Assembly: GCF_009914755.1 (NCBI RefSeq)
Contig: NC_060930.1
Length of the DNA: 64,000 bases
From: the human T2T-CHM13v2.0 reference genome, Homo sapiens
Strand: one strand, 5' to 3'
Both the position numbers and the translations under genes were made by a program. Shown piece by piece: positions 45,865 to 58,360 of this stretch (position 1 is its first letter; each line of letters begins with the position of its first letter). The notes beneath the pieces were generated by a model, which saw only the letters and a list, made by a program, of their open reading frames with translations, did no database searches and was not told the DNA's origin.

Positions 45865-47130
45865 ACCCTCCTTTGAGAAGTCCTGCTGGCAACAATACTC
45901 ATCCCGTTTGAGAGAATTACTGGCCAGAACGCGCCTGTTTCCTCCTCCTCCTCCTCTTTATCCTCCAGCCACCCATTTCCCCGGACACCTAGTGGGAAAC
46001 TGGGCAGAATCTTGTTACACTGTTTTACAAACATTTCTATCGCTGGGCTGGAGATGGATGTTTCTGTGCTCAGGAAGCTGGTGTGCTTCTGGTATGGTAC
46101 AGTTGTCTGAGTCACTGTCCATCTGTCTCTCTTTGCAAAGTCACATGTTTCCTTGTGGTTGCCATATCCATTTCAACTAAGACTTTATGTTCCATGCCAG
46201 CCTCCACCTGGCTAAGGGGAAGTGCCCTTCCCCTTGTACTTTGGGGGTGCCTGCCTTTTTCTGGAAGAATAGCTGTGGGTCAGCATCCTTCTTCACGCAT
46301 TATGTCTATGCCCCGCTCCAACTGGTCCACAACTAGAATAGGATGGCAAAATAACTATACAGTTATTAATAGTGAAAGCAAATGTGCCACACAAGAGAAG
46401 CAGCCCCCTGTAGGCAAGAGGGTGGGTGAGGACAATCATGGAGAAGAGGCAGCTTTTCCCTCCACCGTCAGCTCCCCTCCCCTCTTAGTTTAAGCTCTGA
46501 GAAAGTGTGTGGGACCCTGATCTTCCCCATTATTGAGCCCTGTCCCATAAACAAAGGGAGTCGGTGAGGATCAGTGGAGAGAGGGCAGCAGCAGGATGGG
46601 GCAGCTGAAACCAGGATTCCCGGTGGGTGAATATGCCTGAGGATGCTGAAAATTTGAACTTCAAGACAGATTTCAGGACATGTTTTCCTCATGACTGTAC
46701 TGAGAGAGGTTAATAGATGTCCTGTGAAAACAGAGTTCCACAAAATGTCTTTGTCACAGGACTTCTTGGAGCCTTTAATATGCCAAAACTCTTATCTCCC
46801 AAAGGGAGGTATTATTTTAACCACAAAACTTGTTTTTGAAATAGTGTCATACAAACCTACTGTTTTGAGTTACATCTATGGGAACTATTTTTCTAATTAT
46901 CTAATTTGGACCAACTATTCTAAAAGCAACAATCACAATGTGTTTTTCCCTTATTAAATAAGAGCAAAATGTGTTTAGTTATGTGTGATGCAGAATAAGA
47001 CGGAGGAGTACTTTGGGGAGGGTTGTTGGGGGATTGGAGGTGGCATTGTCACTATAGATTTGCAAATTCCTAGAGTCTCTGTGAAGGGTACAAAGCTTGT
47101 CTGTTATCCAGGTATGTATTTATTTCAACA

Positions 47131-47852
47131 TGTAACACCCAGTGAATTCTTCTTGCCCACTGCCCAGATAAAGCCGACTTACCAAGGCAGGGGAATTGCA
47201 ATAGAGGAAGAGTTTAATACACATAGAGCCAGCTACATAGGAGACCAAAGTTTTATTATTACTCAAATCAGCCTCCCAGAAAATTTGGAGGCTACGGTTT
47301 CTCAAGGAGAGTTTGGTGGTCAGGGGGCTAGGGAACAGGTGCTGCTGATTGGTTGGGGATGCACTCATTGGGGTGTGGAAAATGGTCCTCTTGCTCTGAG
47401 TCCACTTCTGGGTGGGGCCACAGGACTGGGTGAGTCATGAGTCTCGGGTCCAGGTGGAGTCATCCAGTCATCAGAAATACAAAAGTCTGGAAAAACATCT
47501 CAAAAGGGCTACAATAGTGAGGTTATTTATAGGAGTAATTGGGGAAGTTACAAATCTGGTGACCTCTGGAATGATGGCTGATAATCCTTTATGCCTACAT
47601 CTTAGCAGAATTCAAATCCCTCTCATAATCCTAAACTTGTGAACTTTTATTAGTTTTATAAAGGCAGTTTCATTTTGGGAAGAGTTATTATCATTTAAAC
47701 TATAAACTAAAATTCTCCCAAAGTTAGCTTGGCCCATGCCCAGGAATGACCAGGGCAGTTTGGAGGTTAAAGGCAAGACGAAGTTGGTCAGGTCAGATCT
47801 CTTTCACTGTCATAATTTTCTCACCATTATAAGTTTTGCAAAGGCAGTTTCT
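47131..47852 (-). mobile_element. LTR8-like ERV1 solo LTR
   Basis: Termini tgtaac.../...gcaaaggcagtttc; 4-bp TSD aaca. Confidence 0.85.
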
Positions 47853-47904
47853 AACAAGCTTGCAGTGCTTCCCTGGTGTCACCTTGTAAGAATTCCCAAG
47901 TTCA

Positions 47905-48207
47905 TCAGGTGTGGTGGCTCACGCCTGTAATCCCAGCACTTTTGGAGGCTGAGGTGGGAGGATCGCTTGAACCCAGGAGTTTGAGACAAGCTTGGGCAAC
48001 ATGGCGAAACCCCATCTCTACTAAAAATACAAAAATTACCTGGGTGTGGTGGTGCATTCCTGTCACCTGAGCTACTTGGGAAGCTGATGTGGGAGGGTCA
48101 CCTGAGCCTGGGGAGCTAGAGGCTGCAGTGAGCTGTGAGCTGTGATTGTGACACTGCACTTCAGCCTGGATGGCAGAGTGAGTCCTTGTCTAAAAAAACA
48201 AAAAAAA
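47905..48207 (+). mobile_element. Alu (J-like)
   Basis: Full dimer; TSD aattcccaagt. Confidence 0.93.
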
Positions 48208-50299
48208 TTCCCAAGTCCTAGAAACTGGTTTAGAGGTGGCCCAGCCCATGGTGTGATGGATGGGTAAATGAAGGGGCTCATGTTCGTTAGGCAGGATTTG
48301 AATGTCTAAGATCTCAGGGAGATATAACCAGCCCCTGTGTCTTCTTAGTGAGGTATAAGAAGCTGTCTTTTCCAGAAATCACAGGTTAGACTATTCCCCC
48401 ATATGTAAATCAATACAAGTTGATGATCTGAAAGAACAGAAATTGATTAAAAGGAGGCAGACTGCAGGCAAATAAAATCCCAGGAAAACCTGGTATAACA
48501 TGTAACTTGATGGTGTTACCATTGTCTTATATAGTAGGAATTGCTATGGCAGCACACAGCACAAGAGTGCTGAAAAACATTTTGGCTGGTTCCTTTTGCA
48601 GGCTAGGGAGTGTTTTCACTCATGTGCAATATGTCCCTGAGCCCTGCTGATCTTGCTTGCTTGGGACCATGAGGATAATGAGCAATGGCAGTGTCCTCAG
48701 AGCACGTTCCAGGATGAGGGGATTGGAAAGCACTATCTTCTGAATTCCTAATAGAGGAAAGCAAACCAACGATGTTCAGGGCTCGAGAATAGAGAGCAAT
48801 AACTACGTCTATATCTAATTCTGCCCATGCCATCTAGCCACAAACCATCAACACTTTGCACCTATAGAAGCTTCCTCTAGAGTGTCTTCTGTGAATACCT
48901 GTGTAGAGTTGGCCCAGAAGGATTCTGGCCTGGGACTAAATTCAGCCATCTATTCTGAGAGACCAAAGTCTGAATTCAAAACCAAAAACCAGAAACTGAA
49001 GAAAGGAAGAAAAAAACAACAACCCTTAGTCTCCTGAGAAACCTAGGGAAAGGGAGGAGGTGCATACAAATACCCAGGGCCACACCGAGAGAGGACTTAA
49101 CTGGCCTGAGAAAAAATGTGCCATTGTAAGTGGAGAAGAAAACAGCTATTGTCTAACACTTAAATAAAAAATACTCTATAAACAGCTAACAGCTGTTTTT
49201 CAGCCTTTGCTTTTTAGAGCAAAAGCCAATAAAAGAGAAGACATGTGCTTTCAAATGTGGTTTTTGTTCAGAGCCCAGATTTTCTACAACTAATTTACAA
49301 CCCAGAAGTAGACCCTGTTTCAGATAGTTTTGTTTTGAAGAATAGAGAAAACTACAAAGTTCAGTAGAATGCCACAGGCCCAGATGGAGGTTGAGCCAGA
49401 CAGACTTTGCTGTACCAAGGAAAGACTTTGCTGACTTGATGGACAAGTCAGCGGTGATTTTAGTGTTAAAAGACAGAAACCAGAACTCTCAAACCCCACC
49501 TCAATAAGTGGACAATGAAAGGAAAAAACAGCAACTTTGCATGCAAAAGTAGGAAACAAGGTGCATCTCTCTGAGATGCTGTTGCTTGATTGATTTCAGC
49601 ACCCTAGCTACCATGATCATCAAAGGAGTAAATAATACAGTCCTTACATTGTCCACATGTAAAAGCCACCTGATAAGACTATGAGGACTTTAATGGGCAT
49701 CCATATTGTAAATAAGGAAATTATAGGGGACTCTCAAAAGGGATATTTGTATACAAAATTACTAGCTAAATTCTGCAATTATGAAGCCAGAAGGATAACA
49801 GTGAGGCAAGGCCCTTGTTATAAACAGAGACACAGAGATGATCCCATACTTATTCCCTCCTAGTGCCTCTGTTCATGCTGTTTCCTCCACCCTGAGTACC
49901 AGCTTCAGGCCCTTAAAGGAAATCCTACACTTACTCTGGGTATCAGTTCTTCACCCATCTCTACCTTTGTATTACATGTGAGGACATTTAGATGATACAG
50001 CTGTAGATATAGACATAGATAGACAGATGCAGACAGAGAAAGAGAGATAGAGCTTTGAAATGTGCTCTAGTTCTTTCCTATGTCTATGTCTTATTGTTTC
50101 TAAAATTTTGAAGTGTGGGCTACACCTACTTGTGCCTGTCTAATTCTTGCAGTTGTGTTCATATGCCTTGAACATTACGAACACACACCATCCATTCTCA
50201 CTATTCTGACAAAACTGATCCTTTGAAGGCCTCCTGCTATAATTCTACTACATTCTGGATACAACATGTTTTTTAATGCGCAGCTGGGCTTGCAGCAAT

Positions 50300-52130
50300 G
50301 GCAAACAAACTCTCCAAGCAAAGAAACAATGGCAGTGAGCTGAAATCCAGGAAAGAGCTAAAAGGTAAGTGTGGGACAAAATCTGACACTAAGCCCCAAG
50401 CCCATTACAAGGTGCAAAAGTCAACTTCAGGTCTCCCACTGTAAACCATGACCCCTGAAGGAGGCTCAACCAGTCCTCTGGGCCATGGAAGAAGCAAGTG
50501 ACAACCTCTTCTGGAGTACATAACTTCAACTTAGGACCCCAAGACTCCCAGTGATCAAGCACAATGTGTTCAGGATCAAAGACCACCACCAAACAGCAAG
50601 AGAATAAGCCAGCATATGGAAAAGAAAGCAAAAATAATAAACAATAAATTTACACTCCCAAGACTTTGGTATTAGAATTATTAAATGCAAAATAGTGCAT
50701 TTTAAATGCAAAATCATGCATACCAAGTGTTGTATAGGAAATATTTAAAGAAATCCAAGATGAGATCATAAATGTATGGAAGTAACCCAGATACTATGAA
50801 ATATGACCAGGCAGATTTGAAAAAGAGCCAAGTAAAACATTTATAAATGAAAAATATAGTTGTTGACATTAAAAACTCAATGACCAAATTAAACAGTATA
50901 TAAGAAACAACTGAAAAGAGAATTATTTAACTAATATATCTGAAGAAATTACCTGGAATATAACACAAAGAGACAGGAAGATAGAACATCAAAGAGGGGT
51001 CAAGACATAGAGGATAGAATAAGATTTAATATAATAGGAGTGGCAGAAAAGACTAGAGAAAATAGATGAAAAACCAATATTAAAAAAGATAATAAAAGAG
51101 AATTTCCAGAACTGATAAGAGATGAGTTCCCAGATATAGAAAGTTAAACTACCCTTGCAAAAATTACAACAGTGAGAAAGTTATGACAGTGAAAGAGATC
51201 TGACCTAACTGACTCCATCCTGCGTTTAACCTCCAACCTGCCCCTCTTCCTTCCTGGGCATAGGCTGAACTAACTTTGGGAGGAATTTAGTTTATAGTTT
51301 GAAACAAAGACGATAACAGCCCCTCCCTGAAACAAACCTCCTCCTTGTGTGGGGACCAAACTGCCTTTGTAAAACTAACAGATTAACCACAAGATTAGAA
51401 ATTATGGCTTAGGAGTTATACAGCCAGAGGGCACCAGATTCCTAACCTTCTAATTGCTTTTGTGAATAACATCTAAGATTGGTGTTTGGAATATTTTTCA
51501 GACTCTGCACTCTGATGGATCCAGTGGCGCCACCCAGACCAGTAAACTGGCTCCTCTGGTCTTGTGGCCACCATCCAGGAGCTGACTCAGAGCAAGAGGA
51601 CAGCCTGGACTCCCTGTGATTTCATCCTCAACCCAACCAATCAGCACTCCCCATTCCCTAGCCCCCTGCCTGCAAGACTGTGTTTCAGGGAGGCTAATGT
51701 GAGTAATAATAAAGCTTCAGTCTTCCATTTAGCCTGCTCTATGTGTATTAAACTCTTCCATTCAGCCAACTCTGCACGAATTAAACTCTTTCTCCATTGC
51801 AGTTCTCCTGTCTTGATAAATTGGCTCTATCTGGGCAGCAGGCAAGAAGAACTTACTGGGCAGTTACAGATGCACACCATATACCATGCAAGATAAAGCT
51901 TTTAAAATCCACACCCAGTCTGCAAAAGATAGTAATAAAATTGCAGAATGCTAAACTCAGAAAGATCTTAAAGCAGAAAAATGACAGATCATCTACAAAA
52001 ATTATTAGCAACATACCTTTATACAGCAACAGAAACTAGACAATTGTGGAACAATATCTTCAAAGTGATAAGCGAAAATAAATGAGAATTGCATGTGCAG
52101 CAAAACTACTTTAAAAAAAAAATAGGGGAA
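50300..52130 (+). mobile_element. Old L1M 5'/ORF1 relic split by LTR8
   Basis: A-rich ORF1-like text (tctgaagaaattacc, gagaatttccagaactgat, aatatcttcaaagtg). Confidence 0.6.
51144..51868 (+). mobile_element. LTR8-like ERV1 solo LTR
   Basis: Reverse-complement homologue of 47131-47852; ends gggcagttaca. Confidence 0.85.
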
Positions 52131-52135
52131 TAGAT

Positions 52136-52430
52136 GGCCAGGCACGGTGGTGCTCGCCTGTAATCCCAGCACTATGGGAGTCTGAGGCAGGTGGATCATT
52201 TGAGGTAAGGAGTTCGATACCAGCCTGGCCAACTTGGTGAAACACAATCTCTACTAAAAATATACAAATTCACCAGGTGTGGTGGGCACCTGTAATCCCA
52301 GCTACTCAGGAGGCTGAGGCAGGAGAATCGCTTGAACCTGGGAGGTGGAGGTTGCACTGAGCCAAGATCACGCCATTGCACTCCAGCCTAGGCTACAGAG
52401 GGAGTCTCCGTCTCAAAAATAATAATAATA
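52136..52430 (+). mobile_element. Alu (S-type) with (AAT)n tail
   Basis: Full dimer; TSD aaataggggaa. Confidence 0.95.
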
Positions 52431-52439
52431 AATAGGGGA

Positions 52440-53570
52440 AAAGGTATACAAACTTATTTAGTGTGTACACATGGGAACCTTCAGAATGAAGACCCAACTT
52501 CTCAATGTGGTACAGCAGCTTACCTGCTATCTTGAGGTTACAGAAAGAATGGGGGCTTGAATCCGGATAGAATGGGTTATGGGAATGGGGAGGAGAATAA
52601 TTGTATTGAGGGGCAATAAATGATCACCAGGGAAAATGGTTGGATCAGGGAGCAGAAATTAACTTGTAAGTAGTTCTTGGAATGTAAATGATCCTTAGAG
52701 ACAGTCATTATCTCAAAAAGGTTCCGTTCAGGTGTGGTTACATTCTTGGTCTTCTTTCCTGTAATGGATAATGAGATAACGGAGGAGAACAAGAGCAATT
52801 GTTCTCCTCGGTGGATCATTCCTATCTTTATGTAGGTGGGAAAAGCCTCTTCTAGTGCTTGTTGATCTCTAAGGGTGTTGAATTCAACATACTCACTATA
52901 CCAGGGAGCCATATTTTGGGGTGAAATATTTCAGTCATCACTTTGAAACTTAAAAAAATTCACATATTAAAAGACAAGCAGATAGCTTTGGAGAAATTTG
53001 TTTTAGAGCTTGTTAGAGATAGACAAAGAAATGGAAAGACAAATTGGAAGGAACAGAAAAGAGCAAATTTAAATATATCATCCTCGTATCTTCTTTAGTC
53101 AGTCTCTTAGTCCTGAGAATAGATCAGTTAAACAGCTGTGTCTCATTCTAGGAGGTGGCATTGCAGACAGGGTGGGCCACTATATATGATGCAGGCAAAC
53201 AGATCTTTAATAGGAGGCATTTCTACAGAAACAGAAGGAAAGCAAAGGTGAATGTCCTGGAGCAGTTGATAGACTAGTTTTTCTAGAGTCTCTCAAGCAT
53301 CTTCAGGTTGCAGTAGCAACCTGACAGATTTTTCTGGATTGTGGCTTGAATCGGGTGTTCAAGTGAACTTTCTGAGAAGTCCATACATCATCAGGCAGGC
53401 ACAAAAGTTGTATATATATATATATTAATTACATATGTTGCTATTGTTTCTCCCGAAGTTTAAGTTGCTAGCTTCAGTTTATAGAGCTTTAAGAAAAGCA
53501 CAGTTTTAATTTCTAGTGATTCCAAGTCAGAAAAATGGAAGAAAATTTTGAAAACAGTTGTTTGGAGACT
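52440..53570 (-). mobile_element. MER34/MER4-group LTR (~52440-52940) plus adjacent internal fragment
   Basis: Reverse start aaatatttcaccccaaaatatgg; internal-like ttaagaaaagcacag...ccaagtcagaaaaatgg. Confidence 0.5.
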
Positions 53571-55709
53571 CAGCAAAATTACTTTTAAGAATAAGTGTGA
53601 AATAAAGAATTTCCAGGTAAACATTATGTATGAACAAGAAAATGAACAATACAGGGGGTGCTATGCTTAAGCTTCTTTCTGGGCTTTATACCAGGAACAC
53701 TTTTATGTGAAAAAGAAAAAGATTTAAGTATGAGATTAACATTTACTCCACTGAGTGACAAAGAAGGTTTTTTCATGTTCTCTGACTCTCTGGGAATTCA
53801 GGAAACAATTGAGTTATTGGTGGTTTAAAATGTCAGAGAGCAGTAATCACTTGCACAATGTGCTTCCCACTCTCAATTACTTCAGGCATTGTCTGATTTT
53901 GAGGCTATTCTTGAGAACTAAAATGTTTTTCTAGTGTATATTGTGTAGTTTCCACGTGCTCAGTATGACTAATGCATTAGTCACAGGTTACACTATGAGA
54001 GACTGAAGAAAAGACAGTCTTGATCTCTAGAACGACCTTGCTTCCCAAGTCTAAATTCCTCCTCTCCAACCAATGATTCCCCTCTGCCTCCACCTCTGAG
54101 ACTGGTTCTTTTCCTGGCAGGAGATACTTACTGAGCAGGTATTTGCCAATTCTTGAAGCCTTTAGTTCAGTAAGAAATCTCCACCCTCCTTCTTATGCAG
54201 ACATTCTCTCTGGATTCCTCACCCCTTTTCTGGTAATCTCTTGTCTATCGGTGGGAAAATATGTGAGCCCAACTGTTAGAGAATCGAGAAAGGAAGAAAC
54301 AAGAGAAAAAATTAGGTGGGGTTGATGCAACTTGAACAAAAATATTTTGATCTGTGCTTTTTGTAATATGGAAAAGCATGAACCAACCCATGTATCCCAC
54401 AATCAGGAACTAGCTTAGCAAATTTGAGCACGTGAAGAAAATGGAATATTATATTGCCTTGCCTGATGACAAATGCAAGGACTATGTGACCAGTGGCTAC
54501 TTGGGGACTATAGGGCTATCAAACTGCTTACGTAAGCTAAAGTCAACTCATAAACTTAGAGTGCAGACTCAATTATGCACGCAGGTTACAAATACGGAAA
54601 AATCAGACAGATAGCCAAGAACTGAAAGAGAATATAGAATCTTCTAACTTAGTAAATTAATAGTGAAAGTGTTTTCATATTGTTTTTGTTGCTTCCATGT
54701 TTCTTGCAGTGTTTTTCATGTAAAGGGAGTTACATTTTTATTTTAAATGGTGGGCTGAAAAAATATGGTGAATGTACTAAACTCTGAACAGGAGACAAAT
54801 CAGTAATTTCTACAAGAAAATTAACTATAACAAATTAGTAACAGGGGATTGAAGTGATGAAAGACTGGCTAGTAACCGGTAAAGAGAGCTCTAAAGAATA
54901 TAGGAATAGCTGATACAGACAGCAGCTATCTCCCCTAGGACTGAGATAGAGCATTCAAGGAAGAGCTGAGATCCAGGCCTCATGGAAGAGGGTCTGGCCA
55001 GGGCTTTCAGGATGGGGGAAAAGTTCATGAGGGGCCTCACTGCTGAGGCTGTCCAGAAACCTGTCTCTGGAGTGCTTAGGAAGGCACCCACTGCAAAGCT
55101 GCCCAAGCGGGTGCCAGGGAAGCCATCCAAGGGGCGGTACCCCATTTTGTGCACCCTACTGCAAAGCTTCCTGAGGGGGATCTGGCAGAGGTCATTCACA
55201 GGGAGGTGCCCAGGGAAGCTGTCTGCAGGAAGGCATCTCAGGCTGCTGGCCACCTGGGGCTGCAGAGAAAGCTGTCCAGGCTGCAAGAGCCTGAGAAAGC
55301 AAGCCCCCTGGAACTAGGAAGAGCAGCCATTTTCTCTCACAATGTCCCTCCAGGACTTCCTGCTGACAAAGCCTAACCCTCATCATTCTCGAAGAGCGAG
55401 TAATGAAGGGTGAATTTGGAGCTGAGAGGCAACCAATTGATAATTGTCACAGTGAATTAAGCTGCTGGTGGAGCTTGGGCCATACATATGTTCATTCCAG
55501 GCTCAGAGCCCTGGATTTTCCTATCAGAAAGCCAAGCTCATGCAGAAAGCCTGAGCTAGTGATCAGACAGCCCAGCAAGCTGGTTCTTAACTTTCCTTGT
55601 GTGCAATATCTTATGAAAGCTCGCTGGCTTTCCATATGAGTCATTAGTATCATGTGCCAGGCCCTAAAATATATATACTTTACATATAATATATATGTTT
55701 ATATATATT

Positions 55710-57689
55710 CTTTTTTAAAAATATCAACTGTTATTTTAGATACAGGGGGTACACATGCCAGTTTGTTACATGGGCACATTGCACCTAGTTTGTGAGCATA
55801 GTGCCTAATAGGTAGTTTTTCAACCCACATCCTGCTTCTTCCCTCCTCCCTCTAGTAGTCCACAGTGTCTGTTGTCCGCATGTTTATGACCATGTGTGCT
55901 CAATGTTTAGCTCCCACTTATAAGTGAGGACACGGGTATTTGTTTTTCTGTTCCAGCATTAATTCATTTAGGATTATGGCCTCCAGCTCCATCCACATTG
56001 CTGCAAAGGACATGTTTCATTCTTTTTTATGGCAGTATAGTATTCCACGGTGTATATGCACCACACTTTCTTTATCCAGTCCACTGCTGATGGGCACCTA
56101 CATTGTTTCCATGTCTTTGCTACTGTGAAGAGTGCTGTGATGAACATACAGGTGCATGTGTCTTTTTGGTATAATGATCTGTTTTCCTTTGGGTAGATAC
56201 CCAATAATGGGATCGCTGGGTCAAATGGTAGCTCTGTTTTAAGTTCTTTGAGAAATCTCCAAACTGCTTTCCACAGTGGCTGAACTAGTTTACATTCTCA
56301 TCAACACTGTATAAGCACTCTCTTTTCTCCACAGCCTCACCAGCATCTGTTGTTTTTTACTGTTTCATAGAAGCCATTCTGACTGGTGTGAGATGGTATT
56401 TCACTGTGGTTTTGATTTGCATTTCTCTGATGATCAGTGATGATGAACTTTTTTCATATATTTGTTGGCTGCTTGTATGTCTTCTTTTGAGAAGTATCTG
56501 TTCATGTCCTTTGCCCATTTTTAATGGAGTTATTTGGTTTTTGCTTGTTGATTTAAGTTCTTTATAGATTCTGGATATTAGACCTTTGTCACATGCATAG
56601 TTTGAGAATATTTTGCAACCCATTCTGTAGGCTGTCTGTTTTACTCTGTTGATGGTTTCTTTTGCTGTGCAGAAGCTCTTTCATTTCATTAGGTCCCACT
56701 TGCCAATTTTTGTTTTTTGTTGCAATTGCTTTTAAGGGCTTAGCCAAAAATTATTTGTCAAGGTCAATGTTGAGAAGGGTATTTCCTAGGTTTTCTTCTA
56801 GGATTTTTATAACTTGAGGTCTTATATTTAAATCTTTAATCCATCTTGAGAAAACTTTTGTATACGGTGAAAGGTAAGGGTCTAGTTTTATTCTTCTGCA
56901 TATGGCTAGCCAGCTATCCCAGCATCATTTATTGAATAGAAAGTCCTTTTTTTTTTTTTTTGGTCAGCCTTGTTGATCAGATGGTTGTAGGCACACAGCT
57001 TTGTTTCTGAGCTTTCTATTCTGTTCCATTGGTCTATGTGTCTGTTTTTGTGCTGGTATCATGCTGTTTTGGTTACTGTAGCCTTATAGTATAGTTTGAA
57101 CTCAGGTAGAGTGATGCCTCTGGCTTTGTTCTTTTTACTTAGGATTGCTTTGGCTATTTGGTTCCATATGAATTTTAGAATAGTTTTTTCTAATTCTGTG
57201 AAGAATAACATGGTAATACGATAGGAATAGCTTTGAATCTGTAAATTGCTTTGGGCAGTAGGGGTATTTTAATGATACTGATTCTTCCAACCCATTTGCA
57301 TGGAATGTTTTTCCATTTATTGGTGTCATCTCTGAGTTCTTTCAGCAGTGTTTTGTAGTTCTCCTTGTAGAGATCTTTACCTCCTTGGTTAGCTGTATTC
57401 CTAGGTATTTCATTTTGTTCATGGCTATTGTAAATAGGACTGTGTTTTTTATTTGACTCTCAGTCTAGATATTTTTAGTGTATAGAAATACTACTGATTT
57501 TTGTACATTAATTTTGTATCCTGAAATCATACTAGAATCATTGATCAGTTCTAGTAGCCTCTTGGCAGAGTCTTCAGGGTTTTCTAAGTATAGAATCATA
57601 CAGTCAGTGAAGAGAGGTAGTTTGACTTGCTTTCCTATTTGGATGACTTTTATTTCTTTCTCTTGCCTTATTGCACTGGCTAGGTCTTT
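55710..57689 (-). mobile_element. 5'-truncated L1PB/old L1PA (3' UTR and end of ORF2)
   Basis: ORF2 C-terminal fragments ([33 protein letters not shown]); TSD tatatatattctt. Confidence 0.9.
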
Positions 57690-57924
57690 CTATATATATA
57701 TTCTTATCTTCCCCAAGGCAGACTGAACCAAATGGGTCTTTCCATTCTTGTGATTTCAAACATGCTATATAACAGTACAAATATGCCTTTCAGGTATTAA
57801 TATACTATGTTAAGGAAAATAATGAATAAAGAACACTGTAAAAATATTTAGTGTCTGCATAAATGCACATGTCATGGTTTTAAAGTTTCTGTCCCATACT
57901 CTTTGACAATGGAGTGATCAAGCA

Positions 57925-58110
57925 CGTGGGCCCTCAGCTACTTACTGTGTGACCTTGGGCAAACTATGTACCCTTCTGTTCCTCAATTTCCTCGTCTGTA
58001 AAGTGGATATAATAATAACATTTACTTCACAGGATTGTTGGGAGGTTTAAATGAAGTAATATATGTAAAGCTGTTAGGACAGGGCCTAGAGAGAGTAAGC
58101 ACTCCACATG
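57925..58110 (+). mobile_element. MIR
   Basis: tgtgtgaccttgggcaa...cctcaatttcctcgtctgtaaagtgg...cacaggattgttgggagg core. Confidence 0.8.
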
Positions 58111-58360
58111 TTAGGTATTTGTATTAATATTTGAGAATGTCAATACGCAGACCCTTCTGTGCCCAGACCCCTCTCGAGTCCCCTACAATCTCTGCCAGTC
58201 TCCTTCCTTAGAATGTTCACCTTCCTCACAAACTGTGTGGCTTCTAAACATTGTGTGCCTCCTAAGGGGCACCTGGGCATGGTGCCACCACCAAGCCATG
58301 CTGATAGCCCATCACTGGCCACGCAGGACACAGGCCCACTCTTCTATCATCAATGCTGAA

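Noticed and set aside
45150-50372. Isolated plus-strand splice-like sites (cctgcag| ~45165, cag|gtatgt ~47111, aag|gtaagt ~50364)
   Set aside because: Could not pair them into bounded exons with consistent phase; some lie in or beside repeats
54730-55450. GC-richer block with 75-131 aa ORFs
   Set aside because: Looks like an ancient LTR relic; family not assignable by eye and no protein motif
55940-57726. ORFs resembling a reverse-transcriptase C-terminus
   Set aside because: Broken ORF2 of a 5'-truncated old L1; not autonomous
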